Source of the DNA: an uncultured Alphaproteobacteria bacterium | GTDB taxonomy: Bacteria; Pseudomonadota; Alphaproteobacteria; Rhizobiales; Xanthobacteraceae | Assembly: GCA_963718925.1 (NCBI GenBank) | Contig: CAVRAH010000003.1 | Coordinates: 193,979-257,978 of the forward strand | Length of the DNA stretch: 64,000 nucleotides | Direction: 5' to 3' | Shown: positions 1 to 10,100 of the stretch, piece after piece | Layout: each line of letters begins with the position of its first letter | How positions within the stretch are numbered: the stretch's first letter is position 1 | Translations under genes and position numbers: made by a program | The notes under the pieces: generated by a model | The model's input: only the letters and a program-made list of their open reading frames with translations | Told to the model about the DNA's origin: nothing | Databases searched by the model: none

Positions 1-1204
1 GAGGGCGCCAAGGGCTCGCTGACCGCGCGAATGCAGGAGCAGACCGAAACCGCCATTGGCCTCGCGGACGCCTTGATGTTTGTGGTCGACGCGCGTGCAG
101 GGCTGACGCCCAACGACCGCGCCTTTGCCGATTTCGCGCGCCGCGCCAACAAGCCGGTGGTTCTGGTCGCCAACAAGAGCGAGGGCAAACAGGGCGATGC
201 CGGCGCGATGGAAGCCTACGCATTGGGTCTCGGCGAACCGATCCAGATTTCAGCCGAGCACGGCGAGGGCCTCAGCGATCTCTACGACGCGCTGCGCTCC
301 CTGATGCCGGAGCCCGCGGACGAGGGCGAGGAGTTCGAAGATGACGACATCATCGAAACGGATGAGGATCTGGCGAAGCGGCCGATACGCGTGGCCATCG
401 TCGGCCGCCCCAACGCCGGCAAGTCCACGCTGATCAACCATCTGCTTGGCGAGGAACGGCTATTGACCAGCGCCGAAGCCGGCACCACGCGCGATTCCAT
501 CTCGGTGGAAATCAACTGGAAGGGTAGGGACTTTCGGGTATTTGACACCGCGGGCCTGCGGCGGCGCTCGCGCATCGAGGAAAAGCTGGAGAAGCTTGTC
601 GGTGGCGGATGCGCTGCGCGCCGTGCGCTTTGCCGAGGTCGTGGTGTTGATGATGGACGCGCAGAACAAGTTCGAGGAACAGGACCTGCGCATCGCCGAC
701 CTGATCGAGCGCGAGGGCCGGGCGCTGGTGATCGCGGTCAACAAATGGGACTTGATGGGACGCCAGGCGGGGCTGATTTCGGCGTTGCGCACCGACGTCG
801 ATCATCTGCTGCCGCAAGTCAAGGGTGTACCGATCGTTGCGGTGTCCGGCCTGATGGGCGAGGGCATCGATCGCCTGATGAGCGCGATCGAAGACGCTTA
901 CGCCGTATGGAACCGGCGGGTGCCGACGGCTGCGCTCAATCGCTGGTTCGAGCAAGCGGTGGACGCCAATCCGCCACCCGCGGTCTCGGGCCGGCGGCTG
1001 AAGCTGAATTACATGACGCAAGCCAAGGCACGGCCGCCGAGTTTCGTGCTGTTCTGCTCGCGCGCGGATGCCGTGCCGCAATCCTATCTGCGCTATCTCG
1101 TCAACTCCTTGCGCGATTTCTTCGAACTGCCGGGCACGCCGGTGCGGATTTCGTTGCGCGAGAAGGCCAACCCCTTCGCGCATAAGCGCAAGCGGCCATC
1201 GTGA
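1..1204 (+). pseudogene. der: Ribosome-associated GTPase Der (EngA). The 5' end lies outside the window and the reading frame is broken by an apparent 1-nt insertion near 596-598
   Basis: Frame 1 (open from base 1) gives EngA-like sequence with a G1 motif (GRPNAGKST) up to ..IEEKLEKL, then turns into Arg/Gly-rich nonsense. Frame 2 resumes at 599 with [21 protein letters not shown]...AVNKWD...KH-like C-terminus and stops at 1204. The junction reads aag ctt g tcg gtg. Confidence 0.85.
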
Positions 1205-2484
1205 ACGAACGGGCACAGGCAGCCACGGCCGAAGCTTCACCGGCGGCTCCGGCACGCGGCGCCGCGGTGGCCTTCATCTTCGTCACCATCCTCCTCGACA
1301 TGTTCGCGGTTGGCCTGATCATGCCGATCCTGCCAAAACTCGTCGAAAGCTTCGTCGACAACGATACCGCGCGCGCGGCCCGCATTTTCGGCCTGTTCGG
1401 CACCGCTTGGGCGCTGATGCAGTTCTTTTTCTCGCCGATCCTCGGCGGACTATCGGACCGCTTCGGCCGAAGGCCGGTGGTGCTGTTATCGAATTTCGGG
1501 CTTGGGCTGGACTATGTCCTGATGGCGCTGGCGCCGTCCCTGATCTGGCTTTTCGTCGGCCGGGTGATTTCGGGCATCACCTCGGCGAGCATTTCGACCG
1601 CCTTCGCCTATATCGCGGATATCACGCCGCCGGAACGCCGTGCCGCGGTGTTCGGCAAAGTGGGGGCGGCGTTCGGCGCCGGATTCATTCTGGGCCCGGC
1701 GGTCGGCGGCCTGCTCGGCGACATCGATCCTCGCCTGCCGTTCTGGGCGGCGGCAGGCTTGAGCTTCGCCAATACGCTCTACGGCTTGCTGATCCTCCCG
1801 GAATTGCTGCCGCGCGATCGCCGCTCGCCGTTCCGCTGGAAAAGCGCGAATCCAATTGGCGCGCTGCATCTGTTGCGCTCCGACCGCCTCCTTGCGGGTC
1901 TCTCGGTGGTGAATTTCTTTGCCCAGCTCGCGCATGTGGTGCTGCCATCGACCTTCGTGCTCTATGCGACCTACCGATATGGCTGGGATGCGACCACCGT
2001 CGGCCTGACGCTCGCGATGGTCGGCATCTGCGCCATGGCCGTGCAGGGAGCGGCCATCGGGCCGATCGTCCGGCGTTTGGGCGAGCAACGGGCGCTGCTG
2101 CTCGGGCTCGGCTGCGGCACCGCCGGCTTTCTGATTTTCGCGCTGGCGCCAACCGGCCCGCTGTCCTGGCTCGGCATTCCCGTGATGGCGTTGTGGGGCG
2201 TATCTGGGGCGGCGCTGCAAGCGCTGACGACGCAACTGGTCAAGCCCGAGCAACAGGGCCAGTTGCAGGGCGCCACGACCAGCGTGCAAAGCGTGTCGCA
2301 GCTTCTGGGGCCGTTTCTGTTTACGCTGACATTCGCCTATTTCATCGGCGCGCAGGCGCCGGTGCAATTGCCGGGCGCGCCCTTCCTGCTCGCGGCGGCG
2401 CTGTTGCTGCTGGCGCTCGTGATCGCGGTGCGCACGCTGGCCGGTCGGAACGAACGTCCGGGTCATGGCGGGATGGTGCGTTAG
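1201..2484 (+). CDS. MFS transporter (TCR/Tet-family drug:H+ antiporter-like)
   Basis: 427-aa ORF with a GTG start overlapping the der stop. About 12 hydrophobic segments. MFS motif A-like [12 protein letters not shown]. Confidence 0.85.
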   Translation: MNERAQAATAEASPAAPARGAAVAFIFVTILLDMFAVGLIMPILPKLVESFVDNDTARAARIFGLFGTAWALMQFFFSPILGGLSDRFGRRPVVLLSNFGLGLDYVLMALAPSLIWLFVGRVISGITSASISTAFAYIADITPPERRAAVFGKVGAAFGAGFILGPAVGGLLGDIDPRLPFWAAAGLSFANTLYGLLILPELLPRDRRSPFRWKSANPIGALHLLRSDRLLAGLSVVNFFAQLAHVVLPSTFVLYATYRYGWDATTVGLTLAMVGICAMAVQGAAIGPIVRRLGEQRALLLGLGCGTAGFLIFALAPTGPLSWLGIPVMALWGVSGAALQALTTQLVKPEQQGQLQGATTSVQSVSQLLGPFLFTLTFAYFIGAQAPVQLPGAPFLLAAALLLLALVIAVRTLAGRNERPGHGGMVR

Positions 2485-2490
2485 CACCAG

Positions 2491-2598
2491 ACCCCGGATG
2501 TGCAATGGCACATCCGGAAATCCCGGGATTCTCCGATGTGCAATTGCACATCGTAGCTGATGTTTTGGCGCGCCCCGGAATGACTGCTACGCAGTCAT
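2491..2598. repeat. Cluster of intergenic palindromes (REP-like) between convergent genes
   Basis: Perfect hairpin ccggatgtgc-aatg-gcacatccgg (2494-2517). 12-nt palindrome aatcccgggatt (2519-2530). 20-nt palindrome cgatgtgcaattgcacatcg (2534-2553). The half-site cgcgccccggaatgac (2567-2582) recurs at 6246-6261. Confidence 0.7.
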
Positions 2599-3821
2599 TT
2601 CTTCACCAGCGGGCACTCGCTTTCGCTGAGCGGCCTTGCGGCTTCCTCCGCCGGGATTGTCGCGACGAGCTTGTAGTAATCCCAGGGATGCTTCGACTCC
2701 TCGGGCTTCTTGACCTCGAATAAATAGGCCGGAACTAACTTGCGGCCGTCGACGCGGATGGTGCCCTTGCCGAACAGGACATCGTCGGTCGGCAACTCCT
2801 TCATCTTGGCGACGACCTTGGCGCCGTCATGCGGATTGCCGCCCATCGCCTCGAGCGTCTTCAGGTAATGCAGCACACCGGAATAGAGTCCCGCCTGCGT
2901 CATCGACGGCATGGCACCGGTTTTCGTCTGCGCCGAAAACCTCTTCGACCAGGCACGGGTCTTGTCGTTCATGTCCCAGTAGAAGGATTCAGCGAAGGAC
3001 AGACCCTGCGCTGTCTTGAGCCCCAGTGAATGCACGTCGTTGATGAACAAGAGCAGCGCGGCGAGCTTCTGGCCACCTGCGACAATGCCGAACTCCGCCG
3101 CCTGCTTGATCGCGTTGCTGGTGTCGCCGCCGGCGTTGGCAAGGCCGATGACCTTGGCTTTGGACGCCTGGGCCTGCAGCAGGAAGGAAGAGAAGTCCGA
3201 TGTATTGATCGGGTGCCTGACGCCGCCGACCACCTTGCCGCCATTGGCGACGACGACCGCGGTGGTGTCGCGCTCCAGCGCGTAGCCGAACGCGTAGTCG
3301 GAGGTCAGGAAGAACCAGGTGTCGCCGCCGGCCTTGGTCAGGGCCGCGCCCGTGCCATGCGCAAGCATGTAGGTATCATAGGTCACCGACAGCGTGTTCG
3401 GCGTGCAGGCCTTGCCTGTCAGGTCGGCGCTCGCGCCGCCGGAATTGATCAGGATGGCGTTCTTTTCTTTCACCAGCGCCGAGACTGCCAGCGCGACGCC
3501 GGAGTTTGGCGTATCGACGACCGCATCGAGCTTGTCGACGTCGATCCATTGCCGGGCGATGTTGACGCCGACGTCAGGCTTGTTCTGATGGTCGCCGCTC
3601 AAGACGTCGATCCTCCAGCCCTTGGCGGGAAGGCCGGAATCCTCGACCGCCATCTTGACTGCCACCACCGAATTGGGCCCGCCGATGTCGGCATAAAGGC
3701 TCGACATGTCGTTGAGCACGCCGATTTTCGCCGTCTTGTCCTGGGCCAGCGCGGGTGTCGCGAGCCCCAATCCTGCGAATATGAGAATCGCGGCGCAACG
3801 CCGCGCGAGTATCGTCCCCAT
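2595..3821 (-). CDS. ABC transporter substrate-binding protein, Leu/Ile/Val-binding (LivK-like) family
   Basis: 408-aa ORF with a signal peptide (..GLGLATPALAQD). Type-I periplasmic binding protein pattern KIGVLNDMSSLYADIGG... Confidence 0.85.
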   Translation of the reverse strand: MGTILARRCAAILIFAGLGLATPALAQDKTAKIGVLNDMSSLYADIGGPNSVVAVKMAVEDSGLPAKGWRIDVLSGDHQNKPDVGVNIARQWIDVDKLDAVVDTPNSGVALAVSALVKEKNAILINSGGASADLTGKACTPNTLSVTYDTYMLAHGTGAALTKAGGDTWFFLTSDYAFGYALERDTTAVVVANGGKVVGGVRHPINTSDFSSFLLQAQASKAKVIGLANAGGDTSNAIKQAAEFGIVAGGQKLAALLLFINDVHSLGLKTAQGLSFAESFYWDMNDKTRAWSKRFSAQTKTGAMPSMTQAGLYSGVLHYLKTLEAMGGNPHDGAKVVAKMKELPTDDVLFGKGTIRVDGRKLVPAYLFEVKKPEESKHPWDYYKLVATIPAEEAARPLSESECPLVKK

Positions 3822-3940
3822 TGGGAAACCTCCACGTGTTGAAACGGGCTTGCCCTCTTTCGGAGCCTTGCCCTCGATTTTGAGCGACCAGGCGGTCGTC
3901 TCCGAAGATAGTCCCCTTTCTCGTGTCCGGCGGCAATGCG

Positions 3941-5086
3941 TTATCGCAGCGCATCCGAGGTTAACCTGAATTTCTGGATGCGCTTTCCGTTATCGACCTC
4001 GGCCGTGTAGACGTTGCCCTTGGCGTCGACCGCCATGGCGTGGACCCAGTGAAACTGCCCGGCGTTGCGGCCGCCGCGTCCGAAGCTGCCGACCACCGTA
4101 CCGTCCGCGCGGTTGATGATGCGGATCTCGTTGTTCTCGCCGTCGGCGCTCAATAGATAGCTCTGTTTCGGATCGGGCCAGATCGCAATATCCCACACCG
4201 CGCCATTGCCGAGCGTGTTCTTCTCATAGAACCACTCCTTCACGAAGCTGCCGTCCTTCCGGAACACCTGGATGCGGTTGTTGATGCGGTCGCAGACATA
4301 GACAAGCCCGTCATTGGCGATCTTCACGCAATGCACGGGATTGGCGAATTGCTGCGATGGTGGCGCTTTGGGATCATAGGGCGGTTGCTTGTCATCAACG
4401 GGCGGATTGCCGTAGGCGCCCCAATGACGCTTGTAGGCGCCGGTGGTGGCGTCGAACACGATGACGCGGTGATTGCCATACCCGTCGGCGACATAGATTT
4501 CGTTCGCATCCTTGTCGATCGCGGTCTCGGCGGGCTTGCCAAGCTGGGTGATGTCGTTGCTTCCCTTGCTCGGCGCGATCTTGCCGATCTGCATGACGAA
4601 CTTGCCGTCGAGCGTGAATTTCAGGATGGCGTTGTCGTTTTCGGCATTGCCGCCGATCCAGACGAAGCCGCTCTCGTCGACTTCGATGCCGTGCTCGCGC
4701 CCGACCCATTCATAGCCTTCGCCGGGGCCGCCCCAGGCGCGCAGGAGATTGCCGTCGGCGTCGAATTCCAATACCGGCGGCGCCGGAACGCAGCATTTCG
4801 AGCGCGGCGGCGTCAACGTGGCGCCCTTCTCGTCATCGGTCAGCGAGCGCGGCCGATGGATCATCCAGATATGGCCGTGTGAATCGACGGTGATGCCGCC
4901 GACCTGGCCGAGGATCCAGTTGTTCGGCAACGGTTTCGGCCAGGACGGCTCGACGGCAAACCTCGGAATCTCGCTGGCATGCGTCTGCGCCGGTGTGCTG
5001 AGCAGCAAGGCGGCGATACAGATGGCGACGATTTTGCAGAGAGCTGCGATACGCAACAAATGGCTGCGGCCCTGGTTCGGCATCAT
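3941..5086 (-). CDS. Secreted NHL-repeat / six-bladed beta-propeller protein (peptidyl-alpha-hydroxyglycine lyase-like)
   Basis: 381-aa ORF with a signal peptide. Recurrent propeller-blade motifs (GITVDSHGHIWMIHR, IEVDESGFVWIGG, NHRVIVFD, NNRIQVF, AVDAKGNVYTAEV). Confidence 0.7.
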   Translation of the reverse strand: MMPNQGRSHLLRIAALCKIVAICIAALLLSTPAQTHASEIPRFAVEPSWPKPLPNNWILGQVGGITVDSHGHIWMIHRPRSLTDDEKGATLTPPRSKCCVPAPPVLEFDADGNLLRAWGGPGEGYEWVGREHGIEVDESGFVWIGGNAENDNAILKFTLDGKFVMQIGKIAPSKGSNDITQLGKPAETAIDKDANEIYVADGYGNHRVIVFDATTGAYKRHWGAYGNPPVDDKQPPYDPKAPPSQQFANPVHCVKIANDGLVYVCDRINNRIQVFRKDGSFVKEWFYEKNTLGNGAVWDIAIWPDPKQSYLLSADGENNEIRIINRADGTVVGSFGRGGRNAGQFHWVHAMAVDAKGNVYTAEVDNGKRIQKFRLTSDALR

Positions 5087-5194
5087 GGAGTTCTCCCGTG
5101 CATTTTCTTGGTGTTATTTGAGTGAGGCGCAGTGAATAGCGGAGGCGCGAGGGAGTCAATTGTGCGGGAAGGGCAATGCGGTTGCGTTAAGGAT

Positions 5195-5315
5195 AGCTGT
5201 CATCACCCGCGAAAGCGGGTGATCCAGTACGCCGCGGCCCCTCGGTTTGATCGCAACGCCTCGGGAATACTGGATCCCCGCTTTCGCGGGGATGACCGCC
5301 GGGGGCTCCGAAATG
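5195..5315. repeat. REP-like intergenic element (paired GC-rich hairpins)
   Basis: tcacccgc-gaaa-gcgggtga followed by ccagtacgccgcgg...tcgggaatactgg and tccccgc-tttc-gcgggga. The overlapping 97-aa and 181-aa ORFs look like translation artefacts. Confidence 0.65.
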
Positions 5316-5330
5316 CAATGCTCGTCACGC

Positions 5331-6092
5331 CTACGCCGGCGCGCGAAAACTCATCAGCGTGCGGGTCTTGTAATCGTAGAGTTTGCCGGTCTCGCTCCAT
5401 GACGGCAGGCACATCGGTACGATGAATTCCGCGGCCTGCTCCGGCGTATCCAGTGTCAGCGGATCCTCGCCGGGGAACACGGCGGCGCGCATGCGGGTGC
5501 GGATCGGGCCGGGGCTGAACAGGTTGACGCGAAGCGCCGTCGAGGCCGTTTCGTTGGCCCAGACCCGCGCCAGCGCCTCGAGCGCGGCCTTGGAGGCTGC
5601 GTAGGGACCGAGATAGGCCAGCGCCTTGCTGGAAGCCGCCGACGTGATGAACACCGCACGGCCGGCGTCGGATTTCTTGAGCAGCGGCTCCATGCAGCGG
5701 ATCAACTGAAAATTGGCCGATACGTTGATCGCCATCACATCGTTCCACGGCTTCAGCTCGATATGGCCGAGCGGCGAGGAGGGGCCGGCGACGCCGGCAT
5801 TGCCGATGAGGATGTCGAGCTTGCCGTGACGTTCATGCAGCGCCGCACCGAGTTTTGCGATGCCGTCGAAATCGGTCAAGTTGAGCGGCACCAGAGTGGC
5901 GCTGCCGCCGTCCTTTCGGATCTCGTCGTCGAGCTCCTCGAGCCCGCCCTGGGTCCGTGCTACCGCCACGATATGCGCACCCGCTCTGGCCAGCGCGCGT
6001 GCGGTGGCATAGCCGATGCCGCGCGAGGCGCCGGTGACGAGAGCGAAACGGGAGGCGAGGGGTAGGGTCATGGAAACAGCTTTCTCCGTCAT
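5331..6092 (-). CDS. SDR-family oxidoreductase
   Basis: 253 aa. Rossmann motif TGASRGIGYA. Catalytic YAASK (YxxxK). Confidence 0.9.
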   Translation of the reverse strand: MTEKAVSMTLPLASRFALVTGASRGIGYATARALARAGAHIVAVARTQGGLEELDDEIRKDGGSATLVPLNLTDFDGIAKLGAALHERHGKLDILIGNAGVAGPSSPLGHIELKPWNDVMAINVSANFQLIRCMEPLLKKSDAGRAVFITSAASSKALAYLGPYAASKAALEALARVWANETASTALRVNLFSPGPIRTRMRAAVFPGEDPLTLDTPEQAAEFIVPMCLPSWSETGKLYDYKTRTLMSFRAPA

Positions 6093-6094
6093 GC

Positions 6095-6265
6095 CCGGGC
6101 CAAAAGAGCGAAGCGCGTCTTCGGGCTAGATGTTCCGGGCATCCACGTCTTTGCGGCTGGTTTTTATAGACGACGGCCGGGACAAGCCCGGCCAAGACGA
6201 AAAGTTACCCGCGCGGTCATTCCGGGTTCGCGCGTGCCACGCGCGCCCCGGAATGACGCTACGCG
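6095..6265. repeat. REP-like intergenic element cluster
   Basis: gtcatgcccggg...ccgggcatccacgtc. Hairpin ggccggg-acaa-gcccggcc. Long hairpin gtcattccggg-(gcgcgtg/cacgcgc)-cccggaatgac (6224-6262). Confidence 0.65.
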
Positions 6266-7801
6266 TCAGCTCGCTTCCGCCAATAGCGACAATTGCCGAG
6301 GCTGCGGCTCGACCTGGGTCTGGTCGGTGAGGTGCGTCGGGTAGGCGCCCGTAAAGCAATGGTCGGAGAATTTCGGATTTAAGGGATCGCGGCCGGGCTC
6401 GCCCATCGCGCGGTACATGCCGTCGATCGACAGGAAGGCGAGAGAATCGGCGCCGATGATCTCGCGCATCTGCTCGAGGTTGTGGGTTGCAGCCAACAGT
6501 CCGCCGCGGTCCGGCAGGTCGATGCCGTAATAGTCGGGATGAATGATCGGCGGCGAAGCGAGGCGGAAGTGCACCTCGCGGGCGCCGGCGTCGCGCATCA
6601 TGCGGACGATCTTCTTCGACGTGGTGCCGCGCACCAGCGAATTGTCGATCAGGATGATGCGCTTGCCTTCGATCGCCGCGCGATTGGCCGAATGCTTCAT
6701 GCGCACGCCGAGCTCGCGCACGCTCTGGGTCGGCTGGATGAAGGTGCGGCCGACATAGTGGTTGCGGATGATGCCGAGTTCGAATGGCACCCCGCATTCC
6801 CTGGAGTAGCCGAGCGCGGCCGGCACGCCGGAATCCGGCACCGGCACCACCACGTCGACCTCGACATGGCTTTCGCGCGCGAGCTGCGCGCCGAAGGCTT
6901 TTCGGACCTCGTACACGCTTCGCCCGCCGACGATCGAATCCGGCCGCGAGAAATAGATGTATTCGAAGATGCAGGGCCGCGGCGGCTTCGGCGGAAACGG
7001 CTTGTGGCTTTGCGCGCCGCGCTCGTCAAACACGATAATCTCGCCGGGCTCGACGTCGCGGACATATTTCGCGCCGATGATGTCGAGCGCGCAGGTCTCT
7101 GACGCCAGAATCGGACAGCCGTCGAGTTCGCCGAGCACCAAAGGCCGGATGCCGAGCGGGTCGCGCGCGCCGAGCAGCTTCTTGTTGGTCAGCGACACCA
7201 GCGAGTAGGCGCCTTCGATCGCGCGCAGCGCCTCGATGAAGCGGTCGATGAAGCGGCTGCGTTTGGATTGCGCGACCAGATGCAGGATCACCTCGGTATC
7301 GGTGGTGGATTGCATCATGGCGCCGCCCCGCACCAGGTCGCGGCGCAAGGTCAGTCCGTTGGTCAGGTTGCCGTTGTGGCCGACCGCAAATCCGCCGGCG
7401 TTGAGTTCGGCGAACAGCGGCTGCACATTGCGCAGGATGGTCTCGCCGGTGGTGGAATAGCGGACGTGGCCGACGGCGGCATTGCCGGGGAGGCGCTCGA
7501 TCACCTCGCGGCGGGAAAAGGTGTCGCCGACGAGACCGAGGCGCCGCTCGGAATGAAACCTGCTTCCGTCGAAGGAAACGATGCCCGCAGCCTCCTGGCC
7601 GCGGTGCTGAAGGGCGTGCAGCCCGAGCGCGGTGATCGCCGCGGCCTCGGGGTGGCCGAAAATGCCGAACACGCCGCATTCCTCGCGCAGCGTGTCGCCT
7701 TCAAGGTCCGAATCTTGGAGGTCAATGTCTTCCAGATAGAGGGGGCCTGGGGTCGGCCCGCGTTGGTCGGCGTCGTCGGAAGGGCTCTTTATCTCGTCCA
7801 T
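6266..7801 (-). CDS. purF: Amidophosphoribosyltransferase
   Basis: N-terminal nucleophile context ECGVFGIFGH. PRPP loop IILIDNSLVRGTTS. I chose the ATG at 7801 (MDEIK..) because it follows a GAGAGG Shine-Dalgarno. The ORF stays open to 7828. Confidence 0.93.
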   Translation of the reverse strand: MDEIKSPSDDADQRGPTPGPLYLEDIDLQDSDLEGDTLREECGVFGIFGHPEAAAITALGLHALQHRGQEAAGIVSFDGSRFHSERRLGLVGDTFSRREVIERLPGNAAVGHVRYSTTGETILRNVQPLFAELNAGGFAVGHNGNLTNGLTLRRDLVRGGAMMQSTTDTEVILHLVAQSKRSRFIDRFIEALRAIEGAYSLVSLTNKKLLGARDPLGIRPLVLGELDGCPILASETCALDIIGAKYVRDVEPGEIIVFDERGAQSHKPFPPKPPRPCIFEYIYFSRPDSIVGGRSVYEVRKAFGAQLARESHVEVDVVVPVPDSGVPAALGYSRECGVPFELGIIRNHYVGRTFIQPTQSVRELGVRMKHSANRAAIEGKRIILIDNSLVRGTTSKKIVRMMRDAGAREVHFRLASPPIIHPDYYGIDLPDRGGLLAATHNLEQMREIIGADSLAFLSIDGMYRAMGEPGRDPLNPKFSDHCFTGAYPTHLTDQTQVEPQPRQLSLLAEAS

Positions 7802-7824
7802 CGCGCCTCTCTTTTGGCCTCGTA

Positions 7825-8454
7825 TCAATGTCCCGCGGGCTTCTCGATCAGCTTTTTCAGGCTGTCGCGGGCAGGCTTGCTGTAGCCATCACCGGACGCC
7901 GGAGCCGCCTGGTCCGCATCAGTCTGTTCATCATCTGGTTTATTCTTCTTGAATCTCTTCAAGATGGTGTTCTCGGGGTCATCCGGCAAGAGCGCCATCA
8001 GCCAATCCCCGGTTCCCTGCAGCACCATCCGGGACTTCGCGCCAGTCACCCAATCGGGCCGTTGCTTGTCCGGAACCAGCCAGCTGAAAAACAGGAAGGC
8101 GACAACGACGATAAGCAAGCCGCGAGCCAGTCCGAACAGGAATCCGAGCGTGCGGTCCAGCGCCCCGATCCGGGAATCCAGGATCATGTCGGAAATCCGC
8201 ACCGTGATGACGGAGACCACGATCAGGGTGCCGATGAAGACGCCGGCCACCACGGCCACGCTCGCAACCGTGTCGTTGTTGAAATAGGCCTTGGCGGTCG
8301 GCAGCAGCTTGGAAAACGAATAAAGCGTGACCAGCGCCGCCGCACCCCAGGCCGCTATCGAGAGAATCTCGCGCATGAAGCCGCGTACCATCGCGAGCAG
8401 GCCAGAGATGAGCATCACGGCGAGCAGGACGAGATCGAGGATCGTTATCGGCAT
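7825..8454 (-). CDS. cvpA: CvpA-family membrane protein
   Basis: 209 aa with four hydrophobic segments. N-terminus MPITILDLVLLAVMLISGLLAMVRGF. Sits in the classic cvpA-purF arrangement. Confidence 0.85.
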   Translation of the reverse strand: MPITILDLVLLAVMLISGLLAMVRGFMREILSIAAWGAAALVTLYSFSKLLPTAKAYFNNDTVASVAVVAGVFIGTLIVVSVITVRISDMILDSRIGALDRTLGFLFGLARGLLIVVVAFLFFSWLVPDKQRPDWVTGAKSRMVLQGTGDWLMALLPDDPENTILKRFKKNKPDDEQTDADQAAPASGDGYSKPARDSLKKLIEKPAGH

Positions 8455-8604
8455 CGGCTGGTCAGGTCCGCATCAAAGTACAAAGCCGCGAATCGGCGTG
8501 TTCGGTGCCGCCTTAGGTGACGGTCTGGGGGCGCGCCCCGCAAGGCCGGAAATTTCGCCATCCGGCACTGCGCGGGGGTTGTATAGCGGCGAGGGCGGCT
8601 AACG

Positions 8605-10074
8605 TCACGCCCAGCTAGCCTTCCTGGCGCCGGAATCTCGCAGGTGTGGCATTTTTCTCCGTACTCTCGGGGCTGGTCCCCTGTTGCCCTTGGGCGAGCC
8701 GCGCGCGGCGATTTCCGCGACCAGGCTGGTCAATCCGCCCACGGTATTGAGGGAAAGGCCGGAGTCGCCGCCGACCTCGCCGCGGGCCGATTCGGGCAGG
8801 ACGGCGCGGCCGAAACCGAGTTTGGCCGCTTCCTTGAGCCGGGCCGAGGTTTGTGCCACCGGGCGGACCGCGCCCGACAGCGAAATCTCGCCGAAATAGA
8901 CCGCATCGGTCGGCAACGGCGCATTGACCAGCGACGACACCAAGGCGGCGGCGGCGGCAAGGTCGGCGGCGGGTTCCTGGATGCGCAGGCCGCCCGCGAC
9001 GTTCAAATAAACGTCATGGCCGGACAGTTTGACGCCGCAATGGGCCTCCAGCACCGCCAGCACCATCGACAGCCGGCTCGGGTCCCAGCCCACCACCGCG
9101 CGGCGCGGCGTGCCGAGCGAGGTCGGCGCCACCAGCGCCTGCAATTCGACCAGCACCGGGCGGGTGCCCTCGATGCCGGCGAATACGGCAGTGCCGGGAC
9201 TGCCGAGATCGCGCTCGGACAGAAACAGCTCGGAAGGGTTGGAGACTTCGCGCAGGCCTAAACCCGTCATCTCGAACACGCCGATCTCGTCGGTCGGGCC
9301 GAAACGGTTTTTCACCGCCCGCAGGATGCGGAATTGCTGCGAGCCTTCGCCCTCGAACGACAGCACGGCATCGACCATGTGCTCGACGACGCGGGGGCCC
9401 GCGATCTGGCCGTCCTTGGTCACATGGCCGACCAGGATGATCGCCGCACCTGATTTCTTCGCAAAACGAATCAGCGCCTGCGCCGAGGCGCGCACCTGCG
9501 TCACCGTGCCCGGCGCGGATTCCACCGTGTCGGTCCACATGGTCTGGATCGAATCGATCACGATCAGGCGGGGCACCGCGCCTTCGGACAGCGTCGAAAC
9601 AATATCCTCGACCGAGGTTTCAGCGGCGAGCTGCACCGGCGCATCCGCCAGCCCCAGCCGCTCGGCGCGCAGCCGCACCTGGGCGACGGCCTCTTCGCCG
9701 GAAATATAGACCGCGCGGTGGCCGGCGCGCGCCATGAGGCTGGTCGCCTGGGTCAAGAGCGTCGATTTGCCGATGCCGGGATCGCCGCCGACCAACAGCA
9801 CCGAGCCACGCACAAAACCGCCGCCAGTGACGCGGTCGAGTTCGGCCATGCCGGAGGCGAGGCGAGGGGCGTCCTGGCTCTTGCCGGTCAGGCTTTCCAG
9901 CGCGAACTTTCGGCCCTTGCGCTTGCTGCGGATCGAGACCGGCATCGTGGTGGCGCCGGTTAAGTCCTCCTCGACCAGCGTGTTCCACTCGCCGCAGGAG
10001 TCGCACTTGCCCTGCCAGCGGTTATACGCCGCGCCGCAGTTCTGGCAGACGAAGGAAAGGGCGTTCTTGGCCAT
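8605..10074 (-). CDS. radA: DNA repair protein RadA (Sms)
   Basis: C4 zinc finger CQNCGAAYNRWQGKCDSCGEWNT. Walker A GDPGIGKST. KNRFG motif. Lon-protease-like C-terminal domain. Confidence 0.95.
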   Translation of the reverse strand: MAKNALSFVCQNCGAAYNRWQGKCDSCGEWNTLVEEDLTGATTMPVSIRSKRKGRKFALESLTGKSQDAPRLASGMAELDRVTGGGFVRGSVLLVGGDPGIGKSTLLTQATSLMARAGHRAVYISGEEAVAQVRLRAERLGLADAPVQLAAETSVEDIVSTLSEGAVPRLIVIDSIQTMWTDTVESAPGTVTQVRASAQALIRFAKKSGAAIILVGHVTKDGQIAGPRVVEHMVDAVLSFEGEGSQQFRILRAVKNRFGPTDEIGVFEMTGLGLREVSNPSELFLSERDLGSPGTAVFAGIEGTRPVLVELQALVAPTSLGTPRRAVVGWDPSRLSMVLAVLEAHCGVKLSGHDVYLNVAGGLRIQEPAADLAAAAALVSSLVNAPLPTDAVYFGEISLSGAVRPVAQTSARLKEAAKLGFGRAVLPESARGEVGGDSGLSLNTVGGLTSLVAEIAARGSPKGNRGPAPRVRRKMPHLRDSGARKASWA

Positions 10075-10100
10075 GAAGAAGCTGAATCAGGTTTGTTGTT

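Noticed and set aside
1068-2723. 551-aa plus-strand ORF, plus many other long ORFs in the track (e.g. 12204-13406 minus, 39599-41035 plus, 43905-45230 minus, 49100-50596 minus, 22485-23474 minus)
   Set aside because: They are Arg/Ala/Gly/Pro-rich nonsense. They overlap well-supported genes in other frames or on the other strand. These are typical shadow ORFs of GC-rich DNA where stop codons are rare.
5132-5425. 97-aa ORF (and the antisense 181-aa ORF) upstream of the SDR gene
   Set aside because: It lies across REP-like hairpins. The peptide (..HHPRKRVIQYAAAPRF..ILDPRFRGDD..) is the characteristic translation artefact of those repeats.
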